Shown: positions 39,545 through 49,294 of the stretch, one piece after another
Layout: every line of letters starts with the position of its first letter
Numbering within the stretch: the stretch's first letter is position 1
Assembly: GCA_943358395.1 (NCBI GenBank)
Contig: CALRGY010000002.1
Coordinates: 1 to 58,166, forward strand
DNA: 58,166 nucleotides
Source: Candidatus Uhrbacteria bacterium
GTDB taxonomy: Bacteria > Patescibacteriota > Patescibacteriia > UBA9934
Direction of reading: 5' to 3'
Translations under genes and position numbers: made by a program
The notes under the pieces: model-generated
Databases searched by the model: none
Told to the model about the DNA's origin: nothing
What the model saw: only the letters and a program-made list of their open reading frames with translations

Positions 39545-40699
39545 TTAATATTTCTGTGTGGCGTGGTGCAGCGCATCGAGGATAACTGCTCCCGTTTTCT
39601 TCCATGAAAAGTGCTGCGCGCGTTCGGTGCCTCGTTTTCGAAGGAGGGCACGGAGCGGGGTGCCGTGGGGTTCCTCGATGATTTGGTGGAGAGCATTGGC
39701 GATATCGGTGATGTTGAGGGGGTCGATGAGGAGTGCGGCGTTGCCGGTGACATCGGGTAGTGATGATGAAATGCTGGTGATGACGGGCGTGCCGCATGCC
39801 ATCGCTTCAAGAACCGGAAGCCCGAAGCCTTCGTAGAACGACGGGAAGAGAAGCGTTGTTGCGCCGCGAAGCAATGCGGCTTTATGTTTTTCGGGGACAT
39901 AGGAAAGCTCGCGGATGTCTGCGGAATATGGGGACGTACGAATGGCGGCATCGAGTGCTCGCGTTTTCCATCCTGTGGTGCCGGCAAGAACCAGGGGGAG
40001 CGTTTCGGTGCTGCGGGATCGGAATTGGGTATAGGCGAGCACCACGCTTTCTAAGTTTTTGCGTGGTTCTCGTGTAGCAAGCGCAAGAAGATAGGGGTGA
40101 TTCAAATCGTACGCGGCGCGATATGAGCGGTCTTGTGACTGTTCTCGGGCAGCATAGACGGCGTGGTCAACGCCAAGAGGTGCAACGGTAATACGTTCTT
40201 CAGGGATTCCGTAAAAGTGTGAAGCATCGTTTTTACTGTGTTCGGAAACAGCAATCACGCGTTTTGCCTGCAGAAATACCTTTTCTTCATTCGTCGCTTT
40301 TGCACGCAGATGATCTTTCCACGTGAAGCATTCTGGTGCCGCGCGAAGTGCGGCATCGTGAAAGAGAACAACGTATGGCAGTGCGGTTTTGCATACATGA
40401 GCATGGGGAAAGAGCCATGCGTCTGGCAGGGTAGGGAGAAAGCGTTCCATGGTTGGCCCATGGGGAAGCGTCCAGAGTGCGCTGGCAAGTTTGTTGGGAA
40501 GGGAAAGGGGAACAACCGTAATATTCAGCTCTCGAAACACGGGAATGTTCATGAGTGTTTCTTGTGTGCCGGTAGAAAAAAGAACGAAGTGATCGTTGGG
40601 TGATTGATGCGCCATTGCGCGAATAACGGATTCCGTTACAACCCCAACTCCGGTTTTATGTGCAGCCGTGAGCGAACGAATATCAATAGCGATATTCAT
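39545..40699 (-). CDS. GT4 glycosyltransferase
   Basis: EPRKN, FPSFYEGFGLPVLEAMACG. Confidence 0.93.
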   Translation of the reverse strand: MNIAIDIRSLTAAHKTGVGVVTESVIRAMAHQSPNDHFVLFSTGTQETLMNIPVFRELNITVVPLSLPNKLASALWTLPHGPTMERFLPTLPDAWLFPHAHVCKTALPYVVLFHDAALRAAPECFTWKDHLRAKATNEEKVFLQAKRVIAVSEHSKNDASHFYGIPEERITVAPLGVDHAVYAAREQSQDRSYRAAYDLNHPYLLALATREPRKNLESVVLAYTQFRSRSTETLPLVLAGTTGWKTRALDAAIRTSPYSADIRELSYVPEKHKAALLRGATTLLFPSFYEGFGLPVLEAMACGTPVITSISSSLPDVTGNAALLIDPLNITDIANALHQIIEEPHGTPLRALLRKRGTERAQHFSWKKTGAVILDALHHATQKY

Positions 40700-40705
40700 A
40701 ATCGT

Positions 40706-41800
40706 TTATGCTCGTGATTCCCACGCATGTGTTACCACGTCATGCATAGCTTTACGGAAATTTGCCACAGAGAATTGTTCGGCGTGCGCTTTAATTGCAG
40801 CGGGATTGAAACGTTTTTCGTCAAAGTGCAATACAGTATCTGCCAATGCTTCCCACGATTGTTCAGAAAAAAGGGTTCCAGTAACGCCCTCAATTACCGT
40901 TTCCGTCGCCCCTCCCTTATTGAACGCAATAACCGGTCTGCCTGCCGCCATAGACTCTACAGCAGTAATGCCAAAATCTTCTTCGTGTGGGTGAATAAAG
41001 GCAATCGCTTCAGAAAAGAGCCGGGCACGTTCACTGTCTGTAACCCGTCCCATAAACGTAATATTCTTTCCTGCCATTGCACGAAGCTTTGCTTCTTCCG
41101 GACCAGTGCCAAAAACAATAAGAGGAATGCCAATGCGGGTAAATGCGGCAATAACGATATCGTACCGTTTGTACGACACAAGCCGCCCGCCAATAAGAAA
41201 TGCAGTTTTTTGCGCAGCGCTGATAGAGAATTCATCTGTACTGACGGGCGGATGAATAACGACGCTTTCTTTGCCGTAATACTTCCGAATGCGTTGCTGG
41301 ACGGTTTTGGAATTGGCAACAAACACATCAACGCGATCTGCAGCAAGTTTGTCCCAGCTCCGCAAAACGCTTTGTATAATCGGGAGGAGCGCTTTGACGA
41401 ACCATGGTGCATGAAGCTCGTTCACATAGCTTGCGGCATCGCTCCACAAATAGCGGGTGGGAGTGTGACAATAGCAGATATGAATGGCATTGGCGTTTGT
41501 GACCACGCCTTTTGCAAAACCACTCGAACTCGAAATGACGACGTCGTATTCCTGGAGCGGATACTGCTCTGTCGCAATCGGCATGAGGGGAAGGAGCCAT
41601 CGCATAAAGCGGAGTGCCCCAGGAATGCGCTGAAGGAACGATGTGCGAATATCTTTATGCCCAAAAACAGGTTCCATCTGTTCTTTGCTGTAGAGCAACG
41701 TGAAGGTTGGTGCGAATGGCCACAGGGTTTGGAGCACTTCAAGTACGCGTTCGGCACCACCAAGTTGCGTTAAATGATCGTGGACAAGGGCAACCCGCAT
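40706..41800 (-). CDS. GT4 glycosyltransferase
   Basis: VALVHDHL..LGGAERVL, CYCHTPTRYLW, EDFGI..VE.MA.G. Confidence 0.93.
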   Translation of the reverse strand: MRVALVHDHLTQLGGAERVLEVLQTLWPFAPTFTLLYSKEQMEPVFGHKDIRTSFLQRIPGALRFMRWLLPLMPIATEQYPLQEYDVVISSSSGFAKGVVTNANAIHICYCHTPTRYLWSDAASYVNELHAPWFVKALLPIIQSVLRSWDKLAADRVDVFVANSKTVQQRIRKYYGKESVVIHPPVSTDEFSISAAQKTAFLIGGRLVSYKRYDIVIAAFTRIGIPLIVFGTGPEEAKLRAMAGKNITFMGRVTDSERARLFSEAIAFIHPHEEDFGITAVESMAAGRPVIAFNKGGATETVIEGVTGTLFSEQSWEALADTVLHFDEKRFNPAAIKAHAEQFSVANFRKAMHDVVTHAWESRA

Positions 41801-41814
41801 AGGTATTCAAGGCA

Positions 41815-43215
41815 TTAGTAGGCTCCGCTGCGGAAAAGAATCGCGAGCGGAGTTTTGCACGCAATGACCACATCGAGCCAGGGGCTCCAGTTCTCAATAT
41901 AGTACATATCTAGGCGGACTTCGTCGTCGAAGTCAAGCGCTGCCCGCCCGCTGACCTGCGCCATGCCGGTAATGCCAGGCTTAATGGTGAGCACTTTTCG
42001 CTGGTGCGCCTTGTAGAGTGCAACCTCTTCTGGCAGGTGTGGGCGTGGCCCTACCAGGCTCATACTCCCAAAAAGAACCAAGTAAAACTGGGGAATTTCG
42101 TCCAAACTCCACGCCCGAAGAAACTTGCCCACGCGGGTAACTCGAGGGTCGTGTTGAAGCTTAAAAAGCGGGGTTCCTTCCCGTTCGTTGCCGTAGGTTT
42201 GGAGAAATGTAGGGTCAGATCGCAGGGCATGTGCGTTGTGAACCATGGATCGGAATTTGAGAAATGGGAATTCTTTGCCGCCTTGACCAACGCGGGGGCG
42301 GGAAAAGAAGACTGCCCCAGGGTTTTCAATCACAATCGCAAGGGCGATGAGGAGTTGAAGGGGAAGGGTAATAAGAATGAGTATGAGCGATGCGGCAATA
42401 TCGAACAGACGTTTATAGATCGCGCCCCAGCCGTCGAGCGGTGTTTTCGGCACTTCAATCACGGGTTGCTCGGCAAACGTGTGCATGATTGGTTTGAGTG
42501 TGCTGCCCGCAAACAAGTCGGCGCTGTATAAAAAGGTGCAGTGCTCAACGTCGGTAAATACTTTAATCGCTGTAACATCCACTCGTGATGCATCGGGATC
42601 GGCAAGAATAATGGCATCAAGTCCTTGGTTGCGCTTCATGGTGAGAAGTCGTTCTCGGCTGTCGGGAGTGAATTGAGCAAGATGAGCAACAACAGTGTAC
42701 CCAGCGCCAGGGTGTGCCGCAAAGAAGCGCTTAAGTTCATTGCCACTTTTCGTTTTGCCAATGATGGCTACAGAAGAAACACCAATACCAAACCGTCGTA
42801 ATGATCGCTGAAACACGCGCAGCAGAATGCGGAGGATGATGACGAAAAGAATAGAAAGAATCCAGGCAGCAAGCACAATAAAGCGGCTTTCAAACAGAGC
42901 ACGGGAAAAGAATGCAACGGCAAGAATAACCGCAATACTCGTTGAAACACCGGCAATAACCCGGGTAACTTCCGAAGCAATTCTTCGGGGGCGAATAACG
43001 TACAGCCCCGAAATGGCGAACATGAGCATGGTGACGAGTGCTAGGGGAAGAATCACGCCCAGGTATTGCTCAAAGGTTAAGCCGAAGAGTACCGGCTTAA
43101 TCGACGTGAAAAGTGAGGTAAACCGTAGTGAGTATGCCGCCATCGCCGCCGCAATGAGCGCGAAGTAATCTAAGGGAACGAGAAGTGATGCAAACGCTAA
43201 ATCGGCACGCTTCAT
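41815..43215 (-). CDS. Polyprenyl-phosphate sugar-1-phosphate transferase (WcaJ/WbaP family)
   Basis: KRLFDI, KFRSM, DPRVTRVG, SLDEIPQ, MSLVGPRP, KPGITG.AQV. Confidence 0.95.
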   Translation of the reverse strand: MKRADLAFASLLVPLDYFALIAAAMAAYSLRFTSLFTSIKPVLFGLTFEQYLGVILPLALVTMLMFAISGLYVIRPRRIASEVTRVIAGVSTSIAVILAVAFFSRALFESRFIVLAAWILSILFVIILRILLRVFQRSLRRFGIGVSSVAIIGKTKSGNELKRFFAAHPGAGYTVVAHLAQFTPDSRERLLTMKRNQGLDAIILADPDASRVDVTAIKVFTDVEHCTFLYSADLFAGSTLKPIMHTFAEQPVIEVPKTPLDGWGAIYKRLFDIAASLILILITLPLQLLIALAIVIENPGAVFFSRPRVGQGGKEFPFLKFRSMVHNAHALRSDPTFLQTYGNEREGTPLFKLQHDPRVTRVGKFLRAWSLDEIPQFYLVLFGSMSLVGPRPHLPEEVALYKAHQRKVLTIKPGITGMAQVSGRAALDFDDEVRLDMYYIENWSPWLDVVIACKTPLAILFRSGAY

Positions 43216-43238
43216 ATGGGTACAGTGTACATGAATTG

Positions 43239-43297
43239 TAGGACTTCTCATTTGAGGCGAGTTTCGATGAAGATCATAGACCAAAGGAGAAGTCCTA
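43239..43297. repeat. Internally deleted element, copy 9
   Basis: Arms TAGGACTTCTC...GAGAAGTCCTA present, core absent. Confidence 0.7.
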
Positions 43298-43299
43298 AA

Positions 43300-43334
43300 T
43301 TGAAAATCACGACCGATGAGGTCGTGATTTTCAA
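43300..43334 (-). terminator. Terminator downstream of RNase P RNA
   Basis: TTGAAAATCACGACC/GGTCGTGATTTTCAA perfect stem. Confidence 0.75.
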
Positions 43335-43337
43335 TTC

Positions 43338-43769
43338 CCGCTAGGAAATACTGGTAAGCCGAATTTTGTCATAGCACCAATCTTCCACCATGAAGACTGC
43401 TACCGTTGCGGTCATCTCTCTAGGCGAGCGACCAATCTTGCTCTTGCACCAGCCTGGGTTTGCCACGCATCCATGTTGCCATGGCGCGAGCCATGAAGCA
43501 TTCCGCGTTGCCGCAAAACACACCACAGCACTTTTCACCTTTGATCACGCCGAAGCATGATGTGTATTGTCTCTGTGGTACTTTCCCTCGGTTTCCATGA
43601 CGCTTTCAGGCGATATGGTGATCGAATTCCTGTGCGTGTCACAGTATCCCGGGTCATCGTTAATGACAGACTTTGGCACTCATCATTGCTGACGAATGGG
43701 TGTTCGGACTTTCCTCCCAATGCAGCCCCAGTGGAGCCGCAAAGGGCGACCGCCTTATATCCCCAGCGG
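43338..43769 (-). ncRNA. rnpB: RNase P RNA
   Basis: Minus strand GAGGAAAGTCCGAACAC, AGTACCACAGAGA, GGTGAAAAG, ACAAAATTCGGCTTAC; P1 ends pair. Confidence 0.93.
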
Positions 43770-43831
43770 AAGCAAAGAATAGCAAAAAAAGCTCTTGGGG
43801 TAAAGCAGAAAAATGCGTATAATCGAGGGAT

Positions 43832-44161
43832 ATGAAGCCAAAGTCACCGGAGACGCGATGGGAAATAGAGCGACACGATCAGATGCAGCCGAATGAAGGG
43901 CATTGGGGGGGTCTTCACGATCAAAACGAAGATGCCGCGGGAACGAAGATTAATGAGGCAACAGGAAAGCCGATTGATAATAGTACAGCAACAACGGAAA
44001 AGTTAGATCGACTAGCGGTACGATCAGTGGGAAAGACATCGAGGGGCGAAGATATGTTGGGGGACGTAAACGATAATCCGGAGTATCGAGGATTGGATGA
44101 CGTTGCAAAGAAGTGGCTGCAGGAAAATGGGGAAACAGTTGAAAAGAGGAAAAGAAAATAA
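43832..44161 (+). CDS. Hypothetical protein
   Basis: ATG 8 nt after TATAAT. Confidence 0.65.
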   Translation: MKPKSPETRWEIERHDQMQPNEGHWGGLHDQNEDAAGTKINEATGKPIDNSTATTEKLDRLAVRSVGKTSRGEDMLGDVNDNPEYRGLDDVAKKWLQENGETVEKRKRK

Positions 44162-44218
44162 CAGCAAAATCCCCCAGCCTGCGCGTCGCAAGCCGGGGGC
44201 GTGGAGCTGACCTGGGGG

Positions 44219-44725
44219 CTACATGCCCATCAGGTTCAGCTCCTGCTGGAAGGTATCGGCAGCGGGGTCTGGTTCCGCCCGCCGACGCGTCACGACGACT
44301 TTTTCCGGCATTTCAGCCGGACGGGGGAGAATTTCTTCCCCCTCTTTTTCGGCGATTTCAGCCGCCGGGGCAACGGAGCCAAAGCCCCACCGCACCCGGG
44401 CGGCTTTCGCCGGTCGCTCCCAGACCGAAGTCTGGGAAAAGATTTCTCGAGCATTTTCCATCATTTTCTCCGCCCGAAGACGGAGGGTATCGATGGGGGT
44501 TTCGAGATTTTTTTCCGCAAAGAGCTCGATAAGCTCCTCGCGGATGGTTCGGAGAGTTTTCCGAGCTTCTCCGAACTTTTTTCCCGGAAGGTGGGCGATC
44601 ATGCCCCGTACCTTCCGGTCGCGGACGGCGATTTCTCGCCGGAGCCGCTCTGCGGGTTTCAAATTTTTCTCCCGGATTTTTCCGCGCTTAACGCGGATGT
44701 CCGGGATATTGGTGTTGTAGACCAA
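44219..44725 (-). CDS. Hypothetical Arg/Glu/Lys-rich protein
   Basis: 168-aa ORF in a visibly GC-richer segment; downstream hairpin 44171-44200. Confidence 0.55.
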   Translation of the reverse strand: MVYNTNIPDIRVKRGKIREKNLKPAERLRREIAVRDRKVRGMIAHLPGKKFGEARKTLRTIREELIELFAEKNLETPIDTLRLRAEKMMENAREIFSQTSVWERPAKAARVRWGFGSVAPAAEIAEKEGEEILPRPAEMPEKVVVTRRRAEPDPAADTFQQELNLMGM

Positions 44726-44876
44726 GCCGTCTCCCGTGGCTTGATTATTTCTCCCTCACAACAACGCGAAAGTGCGTTGGGGGAGGGAGAAGACTAGCTG
44801 AGTACACACACACTTGTCAAAGCCAAAAATAAGAAATACCGCCAATATTAGCGGTATTTCTTTAAATAGGATTCAT

Positions 44877-45857
44877 TTACAGCACCAGTCCCATTTGCTC
44901 TTTTGCCACCTGAACTTTTGCAGACGCCTGGGTATTTGCCTTTGCGGCACCCACGGCAAGGATCTCGATGAGATCGGTTTCGTTGGCAAGGAGATCGGTG
45001 ATTTTCTTCTGGATCGGGGTAAGGAAGTCGATGAGCGCTGTTGCTGTGGCGTCTTTGAACGCTTTGTTTCCTTGGGTTTCGAACTCTGCAGCGATGTCGG
45101 TAATCGATCGACCGGTGCACAGGTGATGGATAGTGAGGAGGTTTTTAAGCCCAAGGCGTGCGTCGTCGACGGTAATGTTTGGCAAAGAATCGGTGACGGC
45201 GGCACGGATCTTTTTCGCGATGGTATCTGTATCATCCATGATCGAGATGTAATTCTTGGCACTTGCGGCGCTTTTGCTCATCTTTTTTTCCGGATTATCG
45301 AGCCCAAGAATTCGCGCGCCTTCCAATCGGATTACCGGCTTTGGCACCACAAACGTCTGCCCAAAGTCGCGATTAAACCGTTCGGCAAGGTCGCGCGTAA
45401 GCTCCACATGCTGCTTTTGATCTTCACCAACGGGAACCACTTCCGGGTCGTACAGCAGAATATCTGCTGCCATAAGCACAGGGTACGTAAACAGCCCCAC
45501 GGAAACATTTTCCCCCTTTGCCCCAGCCTTATCCTTAAACTGCGTCATACGCTCCAATTCACCCATCCGTGCCACGGTTTGCAAAAGCCACGCCAGTTCT
45601 GCATGTGCAGGAACCGTGGACTGTTGAAATAGAAGAGTTTTTTCAGGATCGATCCCCGCCGCAATGTACGCCGCCGCAAGAAATAGAATATTCTTCCGCA
45701 ATGCCTTAGGGTCTTGCGCCACCGTAATGGCATGCAAATCCACAATCATCATCGTCAAATCATGCGTTTTTTGCAGCTCAACCGCAGGCAACAACGCCCC
45801 AAAAAGGTTTCCGATGTGAAGAGTATTCGTCGGCTGAATTCCGGTTATTGCTTTCAT
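44877..45857 (-). CDS. trpS: Tryptophan--tRNA ligase
   Basis: TGIQPT..LHIGN, YPVLMAADIL, VPVGEDQKQH, KMSKS. Confidence 0.97.
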   Translation of the reverse strand: MKAITGIQPTNTLHIGNLFGALLPAVELQKTHDLTMMIVDLHAITVAQDPKALRKNILFLAAAYIAAGIDPEKTLLFQQSTVPAHAELAWLLQTVARMGELERMTQFKDKAGAKGENVSVGLFTYPVLMAADILLYDPEVVPVGEDQKQHVELTRDLAERFNRDFGQTFVVPKPVIRLEGARILGLDNPEKKMSKSAASAKNYISIMDDTDTIAKKIRAAVTDSLPNITVDDARLGLKNLLTIHHLCTGRSITDIAAEFETQGNKAFKDATATALIDFLTPIQKKITDLLANETDLIEILAVGAAKANTQASAKVQVAKEQMGLVL

Positions 45858-45909
45858 ATAGCCTAAGTGTAGCTGAAAATGCTGCCGAAGAAAAAGAATC
45901 CAATTGAAA

Positions 45910-45957
45910 CAGCCCAGGTCATGATCACTCTCGTTAGAGTGTCATGACCTGGGCTGC
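45910..45957. terminator. Long hairpin after the lipoprotein gene
   Basis: CAGCCCAGGTCATGA...TCATGACCTGGGCTG. Confidence 0.6.
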
Positions 45958-45960
45958 TCG

Positions 45961-46656
45961 TCACTCCTCGATCCCTCCGGTGTCATCCTCGCACCCGAAG
46001 TAAATGTCGGGGTCGAGGTCGTTGCAGTCGATGGGGTAGTCGACCCCATCGTCGTCCTGATCGTAGTCATCGTCTCCGGCACAGTCTTGATCGATACCGT
46101 CATACCAGGTCTCCGTTGCCCCTGGGTAGACGGTGCTGTCGGTGTCGAGGCAGTCGACGGAGACCTCGTACCCATCGGCGTCCTTGTCGTTATCGTTGTT
46201 CCCGGTGCAGTCGGAGTCTACGCCGTCGTACCATTCATCCTCGGCGGTCGGGTGGATTGCGGCATTGGTGTCGTCACAGTCGACGAGGGCGGTGTAGCCG
46301 TCCTCGTCGACGTCGAGGGTGTCGCAGCCCTCGTCGGCGTCACCATCACAGTTGTTGTCGACGCCGTCGCAGACCTCGGTCGCGATGGGGTTGATGGTGG
46401 GGTCGGTGTCGTCGCAGTCTGCACCTTCCCCTTCTCCTCCATACCCGTCTTCGTCCCTGTCCTCACAGTCGGCGCCGTTGCAGTCTTGGTCTACTCCGTC
46501 GCCACAGACCTCATCGGCACCAGGGTAGACCTGCATATCGTTATCGGCGCAGTCATTAAGCTGGGTATAGCCGTCACCATCGCCGTCGAGAGTCTTGCTG
46601 AGATCGCAGGCAGCCAGAAACAGAAACATTGAAAAAGAAAGAAGCCTGAGTTTCAT
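45961..46656 (-). CDS. Lipoprotein with Asp/Cys-rich putative metal-binding repeats
   Basis: Lipobox LAAC; repeats D.DGDGY...DCDD....P...E..DG.D..C. Confidence 0.85.
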   Translation of the reverse strand: MKLRLLSFSMFLFLAACDLSKTLDGDGDGYTQLNDCADNDMQVYPGADEVCGDGVDQDCNGADCEDRDEDGYGGEGEGADCDDTDPTINPIATEVCDGVDNNCDGDADEGCDTLDVDEDGYTALVDCDDTNAAIHPTAEDEWYDGVDSDCTGNNDNDKDADGYEVSVDCLDTDSTVYPGATETWYDGIDQDCAGDDDYDQDDDGVDYPIDCNDLDPDIYFGCEDDTGGIEE

Positions 46657-46904
46657 GATCTTTGCCTTGTCCGGGGCGGAACATGAGCACGGAATGTGCT
46701 CAAAAAGAAACGCCAGGGCTTTCCTGAGCGTTTGCCACGAACCGGGTATTACAGCAGAGAGAGAGTTTATTCAAGCCCTTCCTAAGAAAATAGGCAGAAA
46801 TGCTGGGTATTTTAGAAAAATGGCGCTATGCTGACGAAATTTGGGCAGGAAGTGTTTTGGGGCTATAGGGGGGATGAGTCCACTCCGAACGCTTTGCGGG
46901 TCAG

Positions 46905-47045
46905 CTCCCTCCTTACTCCCCGCCCCCTCCTTACTCCCCCATAAATGGGGGAGAGAAGCGAGGAGATGAATCTCGATTGTGAACTCCCCTCCATTTATGG
47001 AGGGGCTGGGGGAGGCGGGGGATTAGAGGGGGGGGCTGAAGCCGA
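46905..47045. repeat. Intergenic cluster of G/C-run short repeats
   Basis: Inverted units CCCCCATAAATGGGGG and CCCCTCCATTTATGGAGGGG plus GGGGGCTGAAGCCGA. Confidence 0.8.
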
Positions 47046-47075
47046 AAAAAAGAACACCCATGGGTGTTCTTTTTC

Positions 47076-47162
47076 TGGTGCGGATGGAGGGACTCGAACC
47101 CTCAATTCGTTGAAGACACAGGCTTCTGAGACCTGCGCGTATACCAATTCCGCCACATCCGC
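47076..47162 (-). tRNA. tRNA-Leu(CAG)
   Basis: Anticodon CAG, long variable arm, encoded CCA; terminator hairpin 47047-47074. Confidence 0.95.
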
Positions 47163-47184
47163 AAAAATGCCAAACTACTGTAGC

Positions 47185-49008
47185 TTAAAATGTATGTTTT
47201 GTCTTGCGGTACCACTGTTCCACGGTGGTGAATCGGTCAGATGGCGTGGTAACGGTGGCGATACTTGCGCCAAATATCTTTGGGCTGAGCGCATACAGAT
47301 AGTGGGGCTGATAGAGCATGAGCGCTGGCTGTTCCTCTGTGAATGCTGCAAGAAGAAGCTGCGCCGCCTCTGTGGCCTTGGTGTGATCGGTAGTCGTGCG
47401 AGCCGTTTCTATGGCGGTATCTACTTTACGATTCGTAAAACCGCTCAGGTTTAAGCCAGGGGAAGAGATTTGTGAAGAGTGCCAGAACGGATACAAATCT
47501 GGATACGTGCCGTACCGTTCACCGGCTAACAACGCATCGTACGCATGATTTTGAAGAACGTCGCTTTGAAAAACAGCAGGATCCACTGCTTCCACAGTAA
47601 CAGCAACACCGATCGTTTCCCACGTGTGTTGCAATGCCGTCGCCGCAGCAAGAAGATCGGGAGTGTTGAGGACGGTAAGGGAGAACGCAAGAGACGCTCC
47701 TGCCTTTGAACGAACAGTCGCTCCGCTTACGAGTGCCCACCCTTTTGCATCGAGGAGTGCTTTTGCTGCCTCTATGTCCCCAGCGGGAACCGGGGCGGCA
47801 GAATCATATCCGGGCATGCCGGAAAGAATCGGTGAAGTGATTGGCGTGCCGTATGTTCCAACGGCTGTTTGGGTGACGGTCGTACGATCGGTAGCAAGAA
47901 TGAGCGCGCGGCGTACGTCGTCGTCTGCAAGAATAGGGGAACGCTTTTGATGAAAGAATACTGCAGTGAATTGCTGAAGATTCGGGTGAAAGAGCGCAAC
48001 GCCTCCGTCGTGCGCAAAGAGCTGTGCATCGTGTGCAGAAAGTACCGATGCGCCTTCTACATTTTTATTGCGCACCGCATCGGCAAGTTCCTGAAGGGAA
48101 GAATAAAATTTAAACGTTATCTCATTGAGGTATACGGTGCCACGATAGAATGAGGGATTCCGTGCAAGGGTATAGCTGCGAAACACACCATTGGTATCTT
48201 TAACGAGCTTTGAAAACATGAATGGGCCGCTGCCAACGGGTTTGCTGTTGAGCTGTGCCAGGGGCGCATATTGTGGGGCAATTTCTTCCCAAAGGTGAAC
48301 GGGAAGTATGCCAACGGTAAGCGCGGCAAGAAAGGGCGCAAGCGGCTCGGTCAGTGTAAAGATGACCGTACGCTCATCTGGTGCTTCTACGGTTGCGCCA
48401 GTGAACGTCACAGCAAGGGGGCTGTGATAGGAAGGGTCTTGAATGGCGTGAATGGTAAAAAGAATATCGGCGCTGGTCACGGGCGCCCCGTCGTGCCATA
48501 GCGCAGAAGGGCGCAACACGAACGTATAGGTTTTTTGGTCGTCGGAAATACTCACCTGTTCGGCAAGGTCTGGAATGAGGGTGTGATCGCCGTCGTATCG
48601 CATTAAACCAGAGTAGACGAGCCGGGCAATGTCGCTATCCACATCACTTCCTGGTGCGTAGAGGGGATTGATGAATTGCGGGGTGCCAATTGCGCCTTCA
48701 ATATACGAACCGCCAATCATTGGGACGGTGGTTTCGTGTGAAAGCCAGAATCGAAAGCCAAGAAGAGCGCTGGATGCAATGAATACACACGCAGCAAGCG
48801 ATGCGTTTCTTTTTTCGTGGACGGAAAGAAAACGGGGAAGTTCTCTCCACTGTTTCCATGTTGGAAATGTTCCGCCACGTAAGCGAATAAGGTGGTGTAC
48901 CGCACTGGCATTCGGTGATGGAGGGCTTCGTCGTTTTTGCGCAAAAGAGCGGATCGAGGCGATCCATCTGCGACAGGTGTCACGTACGGAGAGCGGAAGA
49001 AGCGGAAT
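47185..49008 (-). CDS. Family 5 (peptide) ABC transporter substrate-binding protein; start uncertain (ATT 49008 or ATG 48720)
   Basis: INPLY, YSGL, PDLA, WHDG.PVT..D..FT, GSGPF; frame open to 49017 with a TM helix upstream of the first ATG. Confidence 0.85.
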   Translation of the reverse strand: MPLLPLSVRDTCRRWIASIRSFAQKRRSPPSPNASAVHHLIRLRGGTFPTWKQWRELPRFLSVHEKRNASLAACVFIASSALLGFRFWLSHETTVPMIGGSYIEGAIGTPQFINPLYAPGSDVDSDIARLVYSGLMRYDGDHTLIPDLAEQVSISDDQKTYTFVLRPSALWHDGAPVTSADILFTIHAIQDPSYHSPLAVTFTGATVEAPDERTVIFTLTEPLAPFLAALTVGILPVHLWEEIAPQYAPLAQLNSKPVGSGPFMFSKLVKDTNGVFRSYTLARNPSFYRGTVYLNEITFKFYSSLQELADAVRNKNVEGASVLSAHDAQLFAHDGGVALFHPNLQQFTAVFFHQKRSPILADDDVRRALILATDRTTVTQTAVGTYGTPITSPILSGMPGYDSAAPVPAGDIEAAKALLDAKGWALVSGATVRSKAGASLAFSLTVLNTPDLLAAATALQHTWETIGVAVTVEAVDPAVFQSDVLQNHAYDALLAGERYGTYPDLYPFWHSSQISSPGLNLSGFTNRKVDTAIETARTTTDHTKATEAAQLLLAAFTEEQPALMLYQPHYLYALSPKIFGASIATVTTPSDRFTTVEQWYRKTKHTF

Positions 49009-49017
49009 ACGGAGCGC

Positions 49018-49233
49018 TTAAAGGGTGAAAAGGCTGTTGGCGAGTGCTGTTCCCAAGAAAAGAACGGCAAGAATAACGGTGGCAATATGGAGCTTTTTTT
49101 CAATGCCACGGCGGGTGCGATAGAAGCTGCCGTCCCCACCAAAAGCCAATCCAACGTTGGTGCCGCGTGCCTGAATAAGGATTGCAATCATGAGAAGTAC
49201 CGCAAGAATCAGCTGAATAATATCGAGAATCAT
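49018..49233 (-). CDS. secG: Preprotein translocase subunit SecG
   Basis: ILIQARG..G.AFGG....TRRG.EK.L...T. Confidence 0.92.
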   Translation of the reverse strand: MILDIIQLILAVLLMIAILIQARGTNVGLAFGGDGSFYRTRRGIEKKLHIATVILAVLFLGTALANSLFTL

Positions 49234-49294
49234 AGTGGGGAAAGTATAGCAAACTGGGGATATACGGTAAAGACAGCGGGAAAAGAGTGTTTAA

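Noticed and set aside
40727..41773. Long antisense ORFs (also 13028-13699, 21601-22311, 34015-34737, 44814-45632)
   Set aside because: Shadows of well-supported genes on the opposite strand, with no motifs
44198..44230. tmRNA 3' end suggested by GTGGAGCTG
   Set aside because: No T-loop or tRNA-like arm follows; the region is explained by an ORF end and a hairpin
48698..48967. Frameshift explanation for the SBP N-terminus
   Set aside because: The conserved-looking N-terminal motif and TM helix are already in the same frame as the main ORF
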